DNA of 64,000 nt from Mobula hypostoma (GCF_963921235.1 NC_086109.1:2916001-2980000), one strand, 5' to 3'. Positions 51,035 to 64,000 are shown, numbered from the stretch's first letter. Notes: a model not told the origin generated them from the sequence alone. Program-made: numbers and translations.

Positions 51035-53175
51035 TAATTTTTCTCAGCTCAAGTTGGTAAAACCTGAGGTATGGACATTGCCAAGCACGCTCATTTCCCA
51101 ATTGCATGGAACTTTCAGACTATCCTCATAATGTTTCCTATTGAGGTTTTCTGGAGATTTACATAAATATTGCTGTGTAAGTCTAATTCAGATGATACCA
51201 GCTGTAGATACATCTATTGAGACAATGTATACTCTGTTCATGTTCCATAATCTATCAATTTCCACTTTTAATTCAGCATATTTGGCCTGTCCCCTAAAAC
51301 CCTCACTAATTTTTATAGATGCACTGTAGAAAGAATTCTTCTAGGGTGCATCACAACCTGGTATGGAAGTTGTCCTGTCCAAGACCGAAAGAGGCTGCAG
51401 AAGATCGCGAACACGGCGCAGCACATCACACAAACCAATCTTCCATCCTTGGACTCACTTTACACCGCACGCTGTCAGAGCAGTGCTGCCAGGATAATCA
51501 AGGACACGACCTACCCAGCCAACACACTTTTCGTCCATCTTCCCTCCGGGAGAAGGCTCAGGAGCTTGAAGACACGTACAGCCAGATTTGGGAACAGCTT
51601 CTTTCCAACTGTGATAAGATTGCTGAACAGATCCTGACCCGGATCTGGGCCGTACCCTCCAAGTATCCGGACCTGCCTCTCGGTTTTTTTGCACTACCTT
51701 ACTTTCCATTTTTTTATTTTCTATTTATGATTTATAATTTATGTTTTTAATATTTACTAATTTTAACTATTTTTAATATTTAATATTTGTAATCCAGGGA
51801 CTGGGAAGCGCAGACTCAAATATCGCTGTGATGATTGTACATTCTAGTACCAATTGTTTGGTGACAATAAAGTATAAAGTATATTTCTATGATTTTCACT
51901 TACTGATTTCTGTATGTTATGTGTGTTTGGGATGGCTATATCTATTAAGTAAGTTGTTGTTGCTTATTTGTCCTGTATTATTATATTGGGATCGTTATTA
52001 TGGGTAATCCTCTGTAATAATGGATCAGTCAAAATATATTGTAGGACCCTGACTCTAAAACTGGATCAGTGTTGTATTCGTAGTAATGTATGATTTCTTT
52101 ACTGAATTTGTATTTTAAAGCAAGATTTTGGCCAAAATCTTAAAGCAATGTTTGTCACATGATTGTGCTTGTGTCAGTAATTAGATCGAGTTAAACTGCT
52201 GCCGGGTCTTGTAACATGCAGGATTGTTTCTGGTTTCTCTTGGCATTTTCTGCATTTATCATCTTGAATTTGTTCTTTTTTAAATCTACTTTTAATATTG
52301 TTTGTATTAACCATCTGGTCCTGTATTGCCACAAGGAACGCCTCTCTTTCTGGGAAGAGGTCTCCAACTCTTAGTCACGTGTTCAATGTTTCCTTGTCGA
52401 CACCTAGCCTGTCCAGATCGTGGGGATGTTATCCATGGAGGGTCATGGTCTTCCATTGATTAATATTTTCTTCTGTAGTGATAATTTCTTCAATTTTCTG
52501 GCTTTCATTTAAGATTAGTGGTGTGCACTTCTTATCAGAATTGCAAATGCTCATGGAGTACTAAATCCTATTTTCATTGATGAATATATATCCTTATAAG
52601 TTTTATCTGACTGCTATGTAAATGTTTTATGTCTGTTATTCCTCTTCCTTCTTCTGTCCTAGGTAGTGTTAATCTAAGTACATTTGAGCATACATGGCAT
52701 TTTCTAAAATTTGTCATTTCAATCGCTTTTTTTCTTAGTAATTTTTCCAAATTGGGTTTGAACCAAGATATTATGCCAAAAGAATACATTAGTATAGGTA
52801 TTGTGAAAGTGTTTTCTGCCTTTGTTTTTCCTTTCACTGTTGAACTCTGTTTGGCAGATTTTCTTAAGCCCTAAGTAAATCATGTCGAAAGTTTTTCCTT
52901 TATCACACCATGATCTATTTTCTTTGCTTGTTGACCATCCAGATACGTATCCGTTACATATTCATCCACGGTTGTATTGCTTCCTGCTGCTCAGTTTGGT
53001 ATGGTACTAGTTCTATTGCACCTTTCTTTATGTTTAATGTTCTGCACTTATCTAGTCCAAAGTTCATGTTTATATTTTTAGAAAACAGTTTTAATATTTG
53101 AATTAATTGCTTTAGCTTTACTGATGAAGGAGCGTGTAATTTCTAATCATCCATGTATAGAAGATATTGTTACTT
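51035..53175 (-). mobile_element. R4/Dong-clade (REL endonuclease) non-LTR retrotransposon, copy A, decayed
   Basis: LLYMDD at ~53145-53165; NTFTIPILMYSFGII...RLTLPRTEEGRGI; DDKCRKCQEKPETIQHV zinc knuckle; LIDIAIPNTHN; YVNLQK C-terminus. Confidence 0.85.
51284..51880 (+). mobile_element. Young Rex1/Babar 3' end inserted in R4-like copy A
   Basis: LPSGRRLRSLKTRTARFGNSFFP. ATATTT duplicated at 51278-51283 and 51881-51886. Confidence 0.9.
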
Positions 53176-53179
53176 ATTA

Positions 53180-54400
53180 TCTTTTCTTAGCTCAAGCTGG
53201 TAAAACCTGAGGTGCGGGCAGAGCCAAGCAAACTCTTTTCACAAATGCTACAAGATTTTGGACTATTCTAGTGGTGGTTAGTATTGTTGCTTTTTGAACA
53301 TTTACATAAAGATTGGCGCGTGGGTCTAATTGTTTAATACTATTGTGTTGTTGTTCGTCCTTCGTAGTCGAAGATGACCATGACTTCAAAGTCAAATGGG
53401 AGATTGGTGACTGTGGGTCCGGAGGTGACTGATGAGGCCAATCCGGGCCCTGAAGGCTCGCCCACATGTGGGACACAAGTGGGTGGGTGCTATCGTGGTA
53501 GTGGGTGCTGCTCGGGCCTTGCGCACAGCACGCTTTCGTTGCGCCTCGATGATGCGCCTGACTTCAGCTGCACGGGCTCCTGTGGTGATCTTGTTGCACC
53601 AAGCTGGACGGTCGAGGGCAAGCGTCTCCCACGTGTTGATGTTGACACCCAGGCCTTTGAGGGACGCTTTGAGGCAGTCTTTGTAACGTTTCTTCTGCCC
53701 CCCCGACTGAGCGCTTGCCCTGACACAGTTCTCCGTACAGCAACTGCTCAGGTAATCGGCTGTCTGGCATTCTGACCACATGTCCAGCCCACCTGGCTTG
53801 GGCTTTCAGCAGGAGGGTGTAGACGCTGCAGAGCCCAGCTCGTTCCAGGATTTCCGTGTTGGGGACTTTGTCCTGCCACCTGATGTGGAGGAGTCTGCGG
53901 AGACTGCTCAGGTGAAGGTGGTTGAGCTGTTTGACGTGTCTGCTGCAGACAGTCCAGGTCTCACTGGCGTAAAGGAGGGTGGTAAGGACCACTGCACAGT
54001 AGACCTTCAGCTTGGTGGTAAGGCTGAGTCCTCTCCGCTCCCAGACGTTCTCACGGAGTCTCCCAAAGGCGATTTTGGGGTGACACCAGCTGTAGATATT
54101 ACTATTGGGACAATGTCTACCCTATTCATGTTCCACAGTCTTACAATTTCCTCTTTTAATTCAGTGTATTTCTGGTGTTATTGACAAATTGATTTCCGTA
54201 AGTTATGTGTGTTTGGAATGGCTGTATCTTGTAAGTAAGTTGTTCTTGCTTGTTTATCCTGTAATATTATATCCAGATGGTTATTATAGATTGTCATATC
54301 TGTAATAATCAATTGGTCATAATATAATTTGTCGGACTTTGACTTTAAAGGTGGATCAGGCTTGTATTTATTGCAAGATATGACATTTTTTATCAGTTAT
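53180..54400 (-). mobile_element. R4/Dong-clade element, copy B (REL domain and 3' end), split by an RTE
   Basis: KYKPDP...KLYYDQLIITDMTIYNNHLDIILQDKQARTTYLQDTAIPNTHN...KYTELKEEIVRLWNM...IVPIVISTAG, then YVNVQKATILTTTRIVQ. Confidence 0.87.
53349..54069 (-). mobile_element. RTE-clade LINE 3' part with C2H2 finger and (CAA)n tail
   Basis: VLTTLLYASETW...IRWQDKVPNTEIL...RWAGHVVRM; GGQKKRYKDCLK; CPTCGRAFRARIGLISHLRTH. Confidence 0.93.
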
Positions 54401-54649
54401 AATTATTATTATTGATGCTATTTCTTTTTGTAGTTGCACACGGTGTTGTCTTTTGCACATTGGCTGTTTGTCTGTCCCTTTGGTCTTTAATGATTCTATA
54501 CTGTTTCCTGTATTCACTGTGAATGCCCACAAGAAGGTTAATATCAGTGTTCTGAATGGTGACATAATGGTACTAGGATGAAAACTTTCCTTTGAACTTT
54601 TGATTAACCCTATATCCTGCCTTCACTTCACACTTTTCCAGATTGGTCT

Positions 54650-56375
54650 ATCTGCCACTTCCCAGCCTCGCTCTGTATCCTATCAATGTCGGGATTACTG
54701 CCTGTGCCACGCGACAGTGAGTATCGGAATAGAGTGAGGTGGAGGATAAATGTGTGGCTGAGGGATTGGAGCAGGGAGGCAGGGATTCAGATTTCTGGAT
54801 TATTGGGACCTCTTTTGGGGCAGGCGTGACCTGTGCAGTAAGGATGGGTTGCACTTGAATCCAAGGGGGACCAATTTCCTGGCAGTGAGGTTTGCTAAGG
54901 ATATTGGAGAGAGTTTAAACTAGAATTGCTGAGGGGTGGGAACTAAACTGAAGAGATGGAGGAAGGGGTGGTTGGCTCACGAATACAGAAAGCTTGTAGG
55001 CATGTGAGAGGGAGGATAGGCAGGTGATAGAGAGGGGATATGCTCAGACAGACGGTCTGAGATGTGTCTATTTTAATGCAAGGAGTATCATGAACAAAGC
55101 GGATGAGCTTAGAACATGGATCAGTACTTGGAGCTATGATGTTGTGGCCATTACAAAGACTTGGATGGCTCAGGGGCAGGAATGGCTACTTAGAATGCCA
55201 GGCTTTAGATGTTTCAGAAAGGACAAGGAGGGGGGCAAAAGAGGTGGGGGTGTGGCACTGCTGATCAGAGATAGTGTCACGGCTGCAGAAAAAGAGGAAG
55301 TCATGGAGGAATTGTCTACTGAGTCTCAATGGGTGGAAGTTAGAAACAGGATGGCGTCAATAAATCTACTGGATGTTTTTTACAGACTACCCAATAGTAA
55401 CAGGGATATCGAGGAGCAGATAGGGAGACAGATTCTGGAAAGGTGCAAAATAACAGGTTTGTCATGGTGGGAGACTCAATTTCCTAAATATCGATTGGCA
55501 TGTCCCTAGAGCAAGGGGTTTAGATGGGGTGAAGTTTGTTAGGTGTGTTGAGGTGTGTTCCTGACACGATTGTAGATAAGCCTACAAGAGGGGAGGCTGT
55601 ACTTGATCTGGTATTTGGGAAATGAACCTGGTCAGGTGTCAGATCTGTTATTGGGAGAGCATTTCAGAGATAGTGATCACAATTCTGTCTCCTTTACCAT
55701 AGCATTGGAGAGGGATAGGAGCAGACAAGTTAGGAAAACGTTTAATTGGGGTAAGGGGAAATATGAAGCTATCAGGCAGAAACTTGGAAGCATAAGTTGG
55801 GAGCAGCTGTTGTCAGGGAGAACTGTGGCAAATTTTCGGCTGCGTGGCGTTCTGCATAGGTACATTCCAATGAGACAGGGAAAGGATGGTAGAGTACAGA
55901 AACCATGGTGTACAAATGCTGTTGAAAATCTAGTCAAGTAGAAAAGAAAAGCTTACAAAAGGTTCAAAAAACTAGATAATGACAGAGATCCAGAAAACTA
56001 TAAGGCTAGCAGGAAGGAGTTTAAGAATGAAATTGGGAGAGCCAGAAGGGGCCATGAGAAGTCCTTGGTGGACAGGATTAAGGAAAACCCCAAGGCATTC
56101 TACATATACATGAAGAGCAAGCGGATAAGATGTGAGAGAATAGGACCAGTCAAGTGTGTAAGTGGAAAAGTGTGTATGGAATGGGAGAAGGTAGTGGAGG
56201 TACTTAATGAATACTTTGCTTCAATATTCACTACAGAAGAGGATCTTGGTGATTGTAGGGATAACTTACTGCAGACTGAAAAGCTTAAGCACATAGACAT
56301 TAAGAAAGAGGATGTGCTGGAGCTTTTGGAAAGCATCAAGTTGGAAAAGTCACTGAGACTGGACGAGATGTAGCC
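54650..56375 (+). mobile_element. CR1 5' region: ORF1 SGNH-esterase end, ORF2 AP-endonuclease and linker; 3' part missing here
   Basis: FRFLDYWDLFWG...DGLHLNPRGTNFLA (esterase); CVYFNARSIMNK...AITKTW...GGGVALLI...SDHN; IKENPKAFY. Confidence 0.9.
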
Positions 56376-57989
56376 CGTTATCATGGTTAACTTCCCCAAG
56401 CCTCAGCCCTTCTTCTGCATCATTTCCTCATGGGACTTCATTCCCTATCTTTTTAAAAGCTGTCCACTTCCTCTTTAACTGGCTGCAGTGATCCCACCTC
56501 CTTGTGGTGGAGAATTCCAGAGATTCCCCATCCTCAGTGAGGAGTTGCTCCTCGTGAGCACAGTTTTAAATGACAGTCCCCTAATATTGTAGCGCTGTTG
56601 CCTGAGTCGAGATTGTCTCACACATGGAGATATCTCAACATCCAACTCCATTGGCTCTCAGAATCCATATTATTTTTAATAAAGTCATCTATTTTTCTTC
56701 TGAACTCCAAAGAATATGGATCTTGTTTATTTAACCACTGATAATAGCTGAATTCCTTCATCTCAGGAATTAGGTAAATGATTTTTTCTGTACAATGCCA
56801 GTATGTCCCTTCTTAAATAAGGGAGCCCAAACTGTGTTCATTTGCCCAGGTACGGCCTCAGCAGTACCCTTCTCACACAGAAAATGGTTAATAACTAACA
56901 TGTACTGTCAGATGAAGTGATGGAATCCAATACACTCCTACCATGGCCACTCCACTCAAGCCTAACTTCTTTTTATTGACCCTTACCAATTGCTTAATTA
57001 CCCAATTAATTTCCAAATAACAATTTACAGTTGTGCCTCCTTTGGGCTCCTGGGGCTTTAAGCTGAATAGACAGGTACAGCTTTTGAAATCTCCCATTCC
57101 AAGTAACAGTTTTCCTGCTACCTGACACTGAAGTTCAAACTGCAAAGTAAATTTACTATCAAAGCCGGGGGGAGGGGTGGGGAGGGTGTGAGTTGACACA
57201 TTTTCTTTCATCAGTACCCGTGGTCTTTTCTGTACTTGATGGCTATCTGGAGAAGACAAATATCAGAGTTGTATTGTACATGAGTACTTTGAAAATAAAA
57301 TGAACCTTTGAACCTTTGAACCTTCAGATCTTTGCTATATGTCATCATATATAATCCTGTGGTTCATTTTTTGTGGGCAACCTCAATAAATCCACAATAG
57401 AATAATAAGCGTGATAGAATCAATGAAAGACCACACCAACCTGGTTGGTGCCAGTCAACCAACACATATTCATCCACCTTCCAGTCCTGATGAAGGGAGG
57501 GTCTTGGCCCGAAACAGCAACTGTTCATTCCTCTCCGTCAATGCAGAGTTCCTCCAGCATTTTGTGTGTATTAATCAATAAGTATTGATTGACTGGCTAC
57601 TCAGGTAAAACAGTGTAATATTATTGCATTTTTCACATCTCCTCATGCTTAAACAACTGTATAATGAAGGCAAAATGATACAACATCTCCAGCTGGACCC
57701 TGCTTACACATAGCAACTCCACTGTGCAAGAAACATTGTCCAAGTGAACAATTCCATATTCTTATAAAAAAACCCTAATCTTAGAACACCTGGTAGGCAG
57801 CAGAAAATACTCCAAGATGTGTTCAAATCCTCCTTGAAAAAATACATTTTCATGGCCTCCTGCGAATCTCTGGTCCATCGTCACTCAAGCTACAGAAGGA
57901 ATTTTGGTTGGTATCAAAAACATCAAGTCCGTGCATCTGAAACTCAATGAAGCTCCATGTAAGTGGCAGGTTGAGCAATTCAAATTATA

Positions 57990-59945
57990 GATTCAGAGTT
58001 ACAGATCACGTAAGCAGGCCTTCAACCCACGCGCCCATCTGAGCTTGTCCCATTGGCTCATATTTGGTCCTTTTCCTCTCCAAATTTTTCCTATCTATGT
58101 ACCTGTCCAAGTACCTATTGAACGTTGTTAATGTATCTGCCCCAACAACTTCCTCTGGCAGTTCGTTTCATATACTGACCATCCTCTGGATGAAAAATTT
58201 GCCCCTTGGGTTCTTATTAAATCTCTCCCCCTCACCTTCATTGATGCCCTCTCATTCTTTATTTCTGAATCCTGAGAAAAAGACTGTGCATATTCACTTT
58301 ATCTATGCCCTTCCAGATCTTATACACCTTCATATGATCATACTTCATTCTCCCATGGGTATATTTAAGACAGAGGTTAATATATTTTTGACTAGTCAGG
58401 GCATGATGGAATACAGGGAGAAAGTAGAAGATCTGGGCGGAGACTGAAATGGATCAGCCATGATAAATTAGGCTCGATGGGCCAAATGGCCTAATTCTCT
58501 CCTATATCTTATGGTCTTATGACCTTATGCTCCGATAAATGATGGCCCAGTCTGTTCAAACTCTCCATGACTCTGTTCCTTGAGTCCCAGCAACAACCTA
58601 GTACATCTCCTTTGCACTCTATTCAGCTTAATAGCATCTTTCCTATAGTGGAGTATCGCAAACTAAACATAATATTCCAGATGCAGCCCCACCATCATCT
58701 CGTCCAACTGCAACATAACATCCCAACTTCTATACCCAATGCCCTGACTGATGAAGGCCAGCATGCCAAAAAACATTCTTCATAAGACTATAGGATATAG
58801 AAGAACTAGGCCATTTGGCCCATTGAGTCTTCTCCGCCATTTCATCATGCCTAATCCAATTTTCCTTCTCAGCCTCAATCTCCTGCTTTCGCTCTGTATC
58901 CCGTCATGCACTAACTAGTCAAGAATCTATCAACCTCTGCCATAATTAGTTATTGACTTATTTATTGATATTCAGCATGGAGAAGGCCCTTCTAGCCCTT
59001 CAAACTCCACCAGCCCAGCACTCCCCCAACTTAATGCTAGCCTAATCACAGAACAATTTACAATGACCAATATACACAATGATTCACCTCCACAGCCGAC
59101 TGTAGCAATGAATCCCACAGATTCACCACTTTTTGGCAAGAAATTCCTCCTCATCTCTTTTCTAAATGGACATCCCTCTGTTCTGAGGCTGTGCCTTCCA
59201 GTCCTGGACTGCCCCACCTTAGGAAACATCTTCTCCCCATTCACTCTGTGCTTTTCAACATTCAATAGGTTTCAGTGATATCCCCACTCATTCTTCTGAC
59301 TTCCAGAGAGTACAGACCCAGAGCCATCAATTGGTTCTTTTATGGTCATCCTTTCATTCCCGGAATCATTCTCAAGAACAACTGTCTTCACCATCTGTCT
59401 ACCCGTGATGCCACATTCATGGCACCATGGGCTTGTCGTCTGAGACCCCTCTGTCCTACAATGCTCTCTATGGCCCTAATTCTTACAGTGAAAATCCTAC
59501 CCTCACCTGTCTTTACAAAATGCAACAACTCACACTTCTCTGAATTAAACTGCATCTGCTCTTGCTCTGCCCACTTGCACAGCTGGATCAACATCTCTTT
59601 GTAAATACTGATAACAGAGCTTCACTGTCAGTGATACTACCTGTTTTAGCCATTTAGCCAACATTAGTACATTCTCATCCAAATCTTTTATATAGATGAC
59701 AAATAGCAATAGATCTAGTACTGTTTCTTGGGCAATACCTTTGGTCATGGGCCTCCAATTGAGAAAAGAACCTTCTACCATCACTTTCTGCTTCCTAACA
59801 TCAAATCAATTGTGAATACAATTAGCTAGATTCCTATGGGTCCCATGTGATCTAACTTTCCGTAGCAGCCTACCATGCGGAACCTTACTAAAGTCCATAT
59901 AGACCATCCTGCACTCATTGGCTTTTTTGTTTACTTTTCAAAAAC
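57990..59945 (-). mobile_element. Old CR1 LINE carrying nested CR1 3' ends (~58345-58520 plus, ~58780-59375 minus) and a SINE fragment
   Basis: NWRPMTKGIAQETVL and WAEQEQMQFNSEKCELLHF remnants. Confidence 0.8.
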
Positions 59946-60547
59946 TCAACAACATGGCTTCATGAGTGGTAGGTTGTGGATAACCAATCTTATGGAGTTT
60001 TTGAGGAAGTTACTGGGAAAGCCGATGAAGGCAAGACAATAGATACTGGCTATGTGGACTTTTGACATGGTCCTGCATGGGAGGTTGGTCAAGAAGGTTC
60101 AGTGGCTCGGCATTCAAGATGAGGTAGTAAATTGGATTAGACATTGGCTTTGTGGGAGAAGCCAGAGAGCAGTAATAGATGGTTGCCTCTCAGACTGGAG
60201 GCCTGTGACTAATGGTGTGCCACAGGGATCGGTGCAGAGCCCATTGCTGTTAGTCATTTATATCAATGATCTGGATGATGATGTGGTCAACTGGATCAGC
60301 AAATTTGCAGATGACACCAATACTGAGGGTGTAGTGGACATTAAGGAAGACTATCAAAGCTTGCAGCAGGATCTGTACCAGCTGGAAAAATGGCAGGTGG
60401 GACCTTAATGCTGACAAGTGTGAGATGTTGGACTTTGGGAGGACAAACCAGGGTAGGTTTTACATGGTGAGTGATAGGGCACTGAGCAGTGCAGTAGAAC
60501 AATGGAATCTGGGAAAACAGATACATAATTCCTTGAAGATGGTGTTA

Positions 60548-61183
60548 TTTCACCTGGTCCCTGAACTCCTCCATCCTGATCAAAAAGGCGCAACAGCACC
60601 TTTACTTCCTGCGGAGCATGAAGAAAGCTCACCTCTGTCCCAGGATACTGACGGAGTTTTACCGCTGTACCATTGAGAGCATACTCACCAAATGCATCTC
60701 AGTGCGGTATGGCAATTGTCCCGTATCGGACCGCAAAGCACTTCAGCGTGTAGTGAAACTGCCCCGCGGATTATCGGCACCCAATTGCCCACCATTGAGA
60801 ACATCTGCCATAAACGCTGCCTGGGCAGGGTGAAAAGCATTATCAGGGATGCATCTCACCCTAATCATGGACATTTTACTTTCCTCCCATCCGGTAGGCG
60901 CTACAGGAGCCTCCGCTCCCACACCAGCAGGCACAGGAAGAGCTTCTTCCCTGAGGCTGTGACCCTGCTGAACCTCACATCACAGCGCTAAGCAGTATTG
61001 CATCCGTATTGTACTGTCTCAGTACTTTTATATTTGCGTGCTGTAGCACTTACTTTTTATTCGCAGTTATTTTGTAAATAACACTATTCTTTGCATTTCT
61101 GGTCAGATGCTAAATGCATTTCATTGGCTTTGCATCTGTACTTGGCACAATGACAATAAAGTTGAATCTATTCTCATCTATCT
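60548..61183 (+). mobile_element. Rex1/Babar 3' end
   Basis: FYRCTIESILT...DRKALQRVVK...LPSGRRYRSLR...SFFPEAVTLLN, then TGACAATAAA and a (TCTA)-like tail. Confidence 0.9.
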
Positions 61184-61269
61184 AATAGGGAGATAGGGTA
61201 GTAAAGAAATCTTTTGGTAGATTGGCCTTCATAAATCAATGCATTGAGTACTGGAGATGGAATAAAGGA

Positions 61270-62745
61270 TTGAGTGCTTTCCTGGCATACATGACGAACA
61301 ATCTCTTCTCAGGCTTCCAGCCAAGTACAGTTATTGATTACAACACACAATGACAAGCTCTGTCATTCTCAATGACGTCTGGGCATGTCTAGTCTGGTGA
61401 GAGCGTACAGCAGGGTGGGGCTGACTGTCAATACCACCAAGACAGAAGTGGTTTGCCAATGGAGTACCCGTGTCCCACCCACTCTACCTGCCTTCACTGT
61501 TGGTGATGAAAAGCTGTCAGGAGTGCCATCTTTCAAATACCTGGGGAGCATTCTCTCTGAGGATAGCGGCATTGACGACGACATCCAGAGCCGCATTAAA
61601 CAGGCACCAGCTGCCTTTGGGAGACTTCAGCGTAGAGTCTTTCAGAACAAGGAACCTTCGTCCCTCCACAAAGGTCGCCGTATACCAAGCGGTCTGTGTC
61701 ACCACCCTCCTTTATAGCTGTGAAGCTTGGGTAACCTACAGCTGTCACATCAAGTCCTTGGAGCACTTCCACATAAGCTGCATCCAGCGCATCCTGGGGA
61801 TTACCTGGCGTGAGCGGGTGCCTCACACTGAAATACTCGTAAAGACCAACTGCAAGGGTATTGAGGCCATGATCACCCAGCGCCAACTGCAGTGGCTGGG
61901 GCATGTGATAAGGATGCCCCCATGTCGGCTACCCCACAGAGTGTTATACGGCTAGGTACATCATGGTCGACGCTCAGCTGGAGGGCCAAAGAATCGCTAT
62001 AAGGATCAGATGAAGAATGCTTTAAGGAAGTGCGAATCAGACCCGAGGACCTGGAGGACGTTGCTGCTGACCATACCACTTGGTGACGCCAAGGGACGGG
62101 GTTCGTATTCTGGAGATGGAAAGAACAACCAGAAGACAGCAGAAGAGAGCCAGGAGAAATGCAGCCATGGTTGCCACCACTACCACGTATACATGTCCCA
62201 CCTGCAATAGGGTTTGTGGGTCCAGGATAGGACTGTATAGTCATCAGAGATCTCACCGTTAAAGGAGTGGATGTTGTCATCGGATTTCGATGGACAACAG
62301 AAGAAGACGAAGAAGAAGAGTCTGGTGGTATTTATACTCCCATAGTCTGTCCCTCCTGTTTGGTTAGTACTCATCCAATCAGGTTTCCATTCTCTCACTT
62401 TGTTTACAATCAAGTTCCAGACCTTACTTAGAGCGAGACCTTCGTTCTTGTTAAAATTATTTCCCTCTAGTTTTATTTCAATGGCTTCCTTTACCAGGTG
62501 GTCCCAAAAGCCATTGGTGCGGCATAGTTGTTTTGAATCATTGATGTCAATCCTATGGCCATTGAAAATGCAGTGTTCTGCTACCGACAATTTCTATGGG
62601 TAACCCAAACGGATACCCCTCCTGTGCTCCTTGATGTGGGTTTCCACCATGTGTCCCATCAGGCCGATATACACTACTCCACATTCACAGGTAAGCCTAT
62701 AAATGCCAGTGGGTCAAATATGACCTGGGACTCAGGTTGGCTAGA
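61270..62745 (-). mobile_element. Penelope/Poseidon-type element (GIY-YIG), split by an RTE
   Basis: GIYRLTCECGVVYIGLMG...IKEH...SVAEHC...GHRID...KEAIEIK...FNKNEG. Confidence 0.88.
61400..62318 (+). mobile_element. RTE-clade LINE 3' part with (GAA)n tail
   Basis: GLTVNTTKTEV, FKYLGS, TLLYSCEAW, WLGHVIRM, CPTCNRVCGSRIGLYSHQRSH. 9-bp TSD AGTCTGGTG (61391-61399 and 62319-62327). Confidence 0.93.
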
Positions 62746-63449
62746 GGTATACAACATTAAGCAGGTATAGAGAGGGTAAATGCAAGCAGGCCTTTTCCAA
62801 TGTGGTTGGGTAAAAGGTCATGGGTTAAGGTGAAAGGTGAATATGGAGAGGAACTTCTTCACTCAGAGGGTGGAATGAGCTGCCAGAACAAGTGGTGAAT
62901 GAGGGTATGACTTCAACATTTAAGAGAAATTCAGATACTAACATGGATGGGGTGGATATGGAGGGCAATTTTCCAGGCGCAGGTCAATGGAACTAGTCAG
63001 GTAAGTAGTTCAACATAGACTAGAAGGGCCAAAGATCCTATTTCTGTAGTGTAGTGTTCCATGAATTTATGATTCTACAACAGCTCGAAGCTGGGGTTTT
63101 CTCTCTTAGACTGTGATTGATAGAGGCTGTGGGTTTCTGCCAGCTTCAGTAATAATGTCTCTTCAAGTGATCATCCCAGCTGCAGAATATTAAGTGTTAA
63201 AGTTGTATTCTATCTTCTGGAGTGTTCACTGTTAAAGTGCTCTGGTTTCTAAACGTTCAATCACACAGTGAATATAAACTGAAGAGCTTTTCATCAGGTC
63301 AATAGCATTTTCATTCTATTACTGTTTAGTAATGAGAATTGCAACTATTTTTTTAAATTATCCCTTAATGGGAGGGAGGTCCACACTTCGTTTTCTGATC
63401 TGAGTAACATTTTTGTCCTTTTCCTTTTACTGTGCAGATGTTTCTTTCT

Positions 63450-63880
63450 GCACTTGGATGTGATGGTGCTGGAGAAGGTGCAGAAGAGATTCACCAGGAC
63501 GTTGTCTGGGTGGGAGAACTTCAGTGATGAGGAGATATAGGAGAGGCCGGGTCTGTACTCCCTGGAGCAGAGCAGATTAAGAGGGGGCATGACTGATAGC
63601 ACAGTTTGAAGGCGGTGGGCGGGGGGTTGGAATTTATTAAGAACCCAAGGGGAACAGTTTCAAAAAAAGAGTGGTCAGAATATGGAATGAGCTGCCGGAG
63701 GAAGTGGTTGAGGGAGGTACATTAACAACATATAAAAGGTTCTTGGACATGCCCACAAATGGGAAAGGCTTGGAGGGATATGGGGCAAAAGAGGAGCAAT
63801 GGGACCAGTTCAAACGGGAATTTTGGTTAGCATGGATGAGTTGGGCCGAGTGGACTGTTTCAATATTGAATGACCCTGTG
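63450..63880 (+). mobile_element. CR1 3' fragment
   Basis: LEKVQKRFTR...LYSLEQSRLRG...VVRIWNELPEEVVE. Confidence 0.85.
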
Positions 63881-64000
63881 GCTGTAAGTGTCTATTCTAG
63901 GGAAAAAGGTGAATCACCTTGGCAGAGGAAGCTTTGGGTTAAGGGTTGCAAGCCAGATGCCCTCTGATTGTGTGAACATGGTGTGCTGAACAGCCGGTTC

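Larger units (their letters stand above)
49575..54602 (+). mobile_element. Old Rex1/Babar LINE whose 3'UTR is split by an R4-like array (pieces 49575-51030 and 54400-54602)
   Basis: Decayed RT (STGAPQG, KFAD) and RKALQKVMDT...LLPSGRGYRSL. The UTR halves rejoin to match the intact UTR at 41800-42050. Confidence 0.85.
59948..63070 (+). mobile_element. CR1 RT-to-3' region split by Rex1 and Penelope insertions
   Basis: QHGF...VTNGVPQGSV...KFADD (59948-60545). Resumes at ~61185-61265 and ~62745-63070. Confidence 0.87.

Overview
Vertebrate intergenic or deep-intronic DNA, most likely from a cartilaginous fish (ray or shark). That is inferred from the repeat repertoire: dominant CR1 LINEs, V-domain SINEs and Neptune-type Penelope elements. 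I found no host protein-coding exon that I can support, and nearly every ORF in the track is a transposable-element fragment or its antisense shadow. The window is a deeply nested retroelement mosaic: CR1, Rex1/Babar, RTE, L1/Tx1, R4/Dong-like elements with a restriction-like endonuclease (REL), two Penelope clades, V- and CORE-SINEs, non-autonomous LINE derivatives, hAT MITEs, a probable solo LTR, and mini/microsatellites. The best leads are: (1) a minimal hammerhead ribozyme in the Penelope pseudo-LTR, which also occurs in short stand-alone inserts with long target-site duplications (TSDs), one a 180-bp hairpin; (2) an L1 insertion with twin-priming inversion geometry; (3) two R4/Dong-like elements stacked in the (TAA)n of a Rex1 3'UTR; (4) a close inverted pair of a non-autonomous Rex1-type element; (5) a Bov-A-like bipartite RTE derivative with its probable partner LINE. 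Family names come from motif recognition, not database searches, and boundaries of old copies are approximate.
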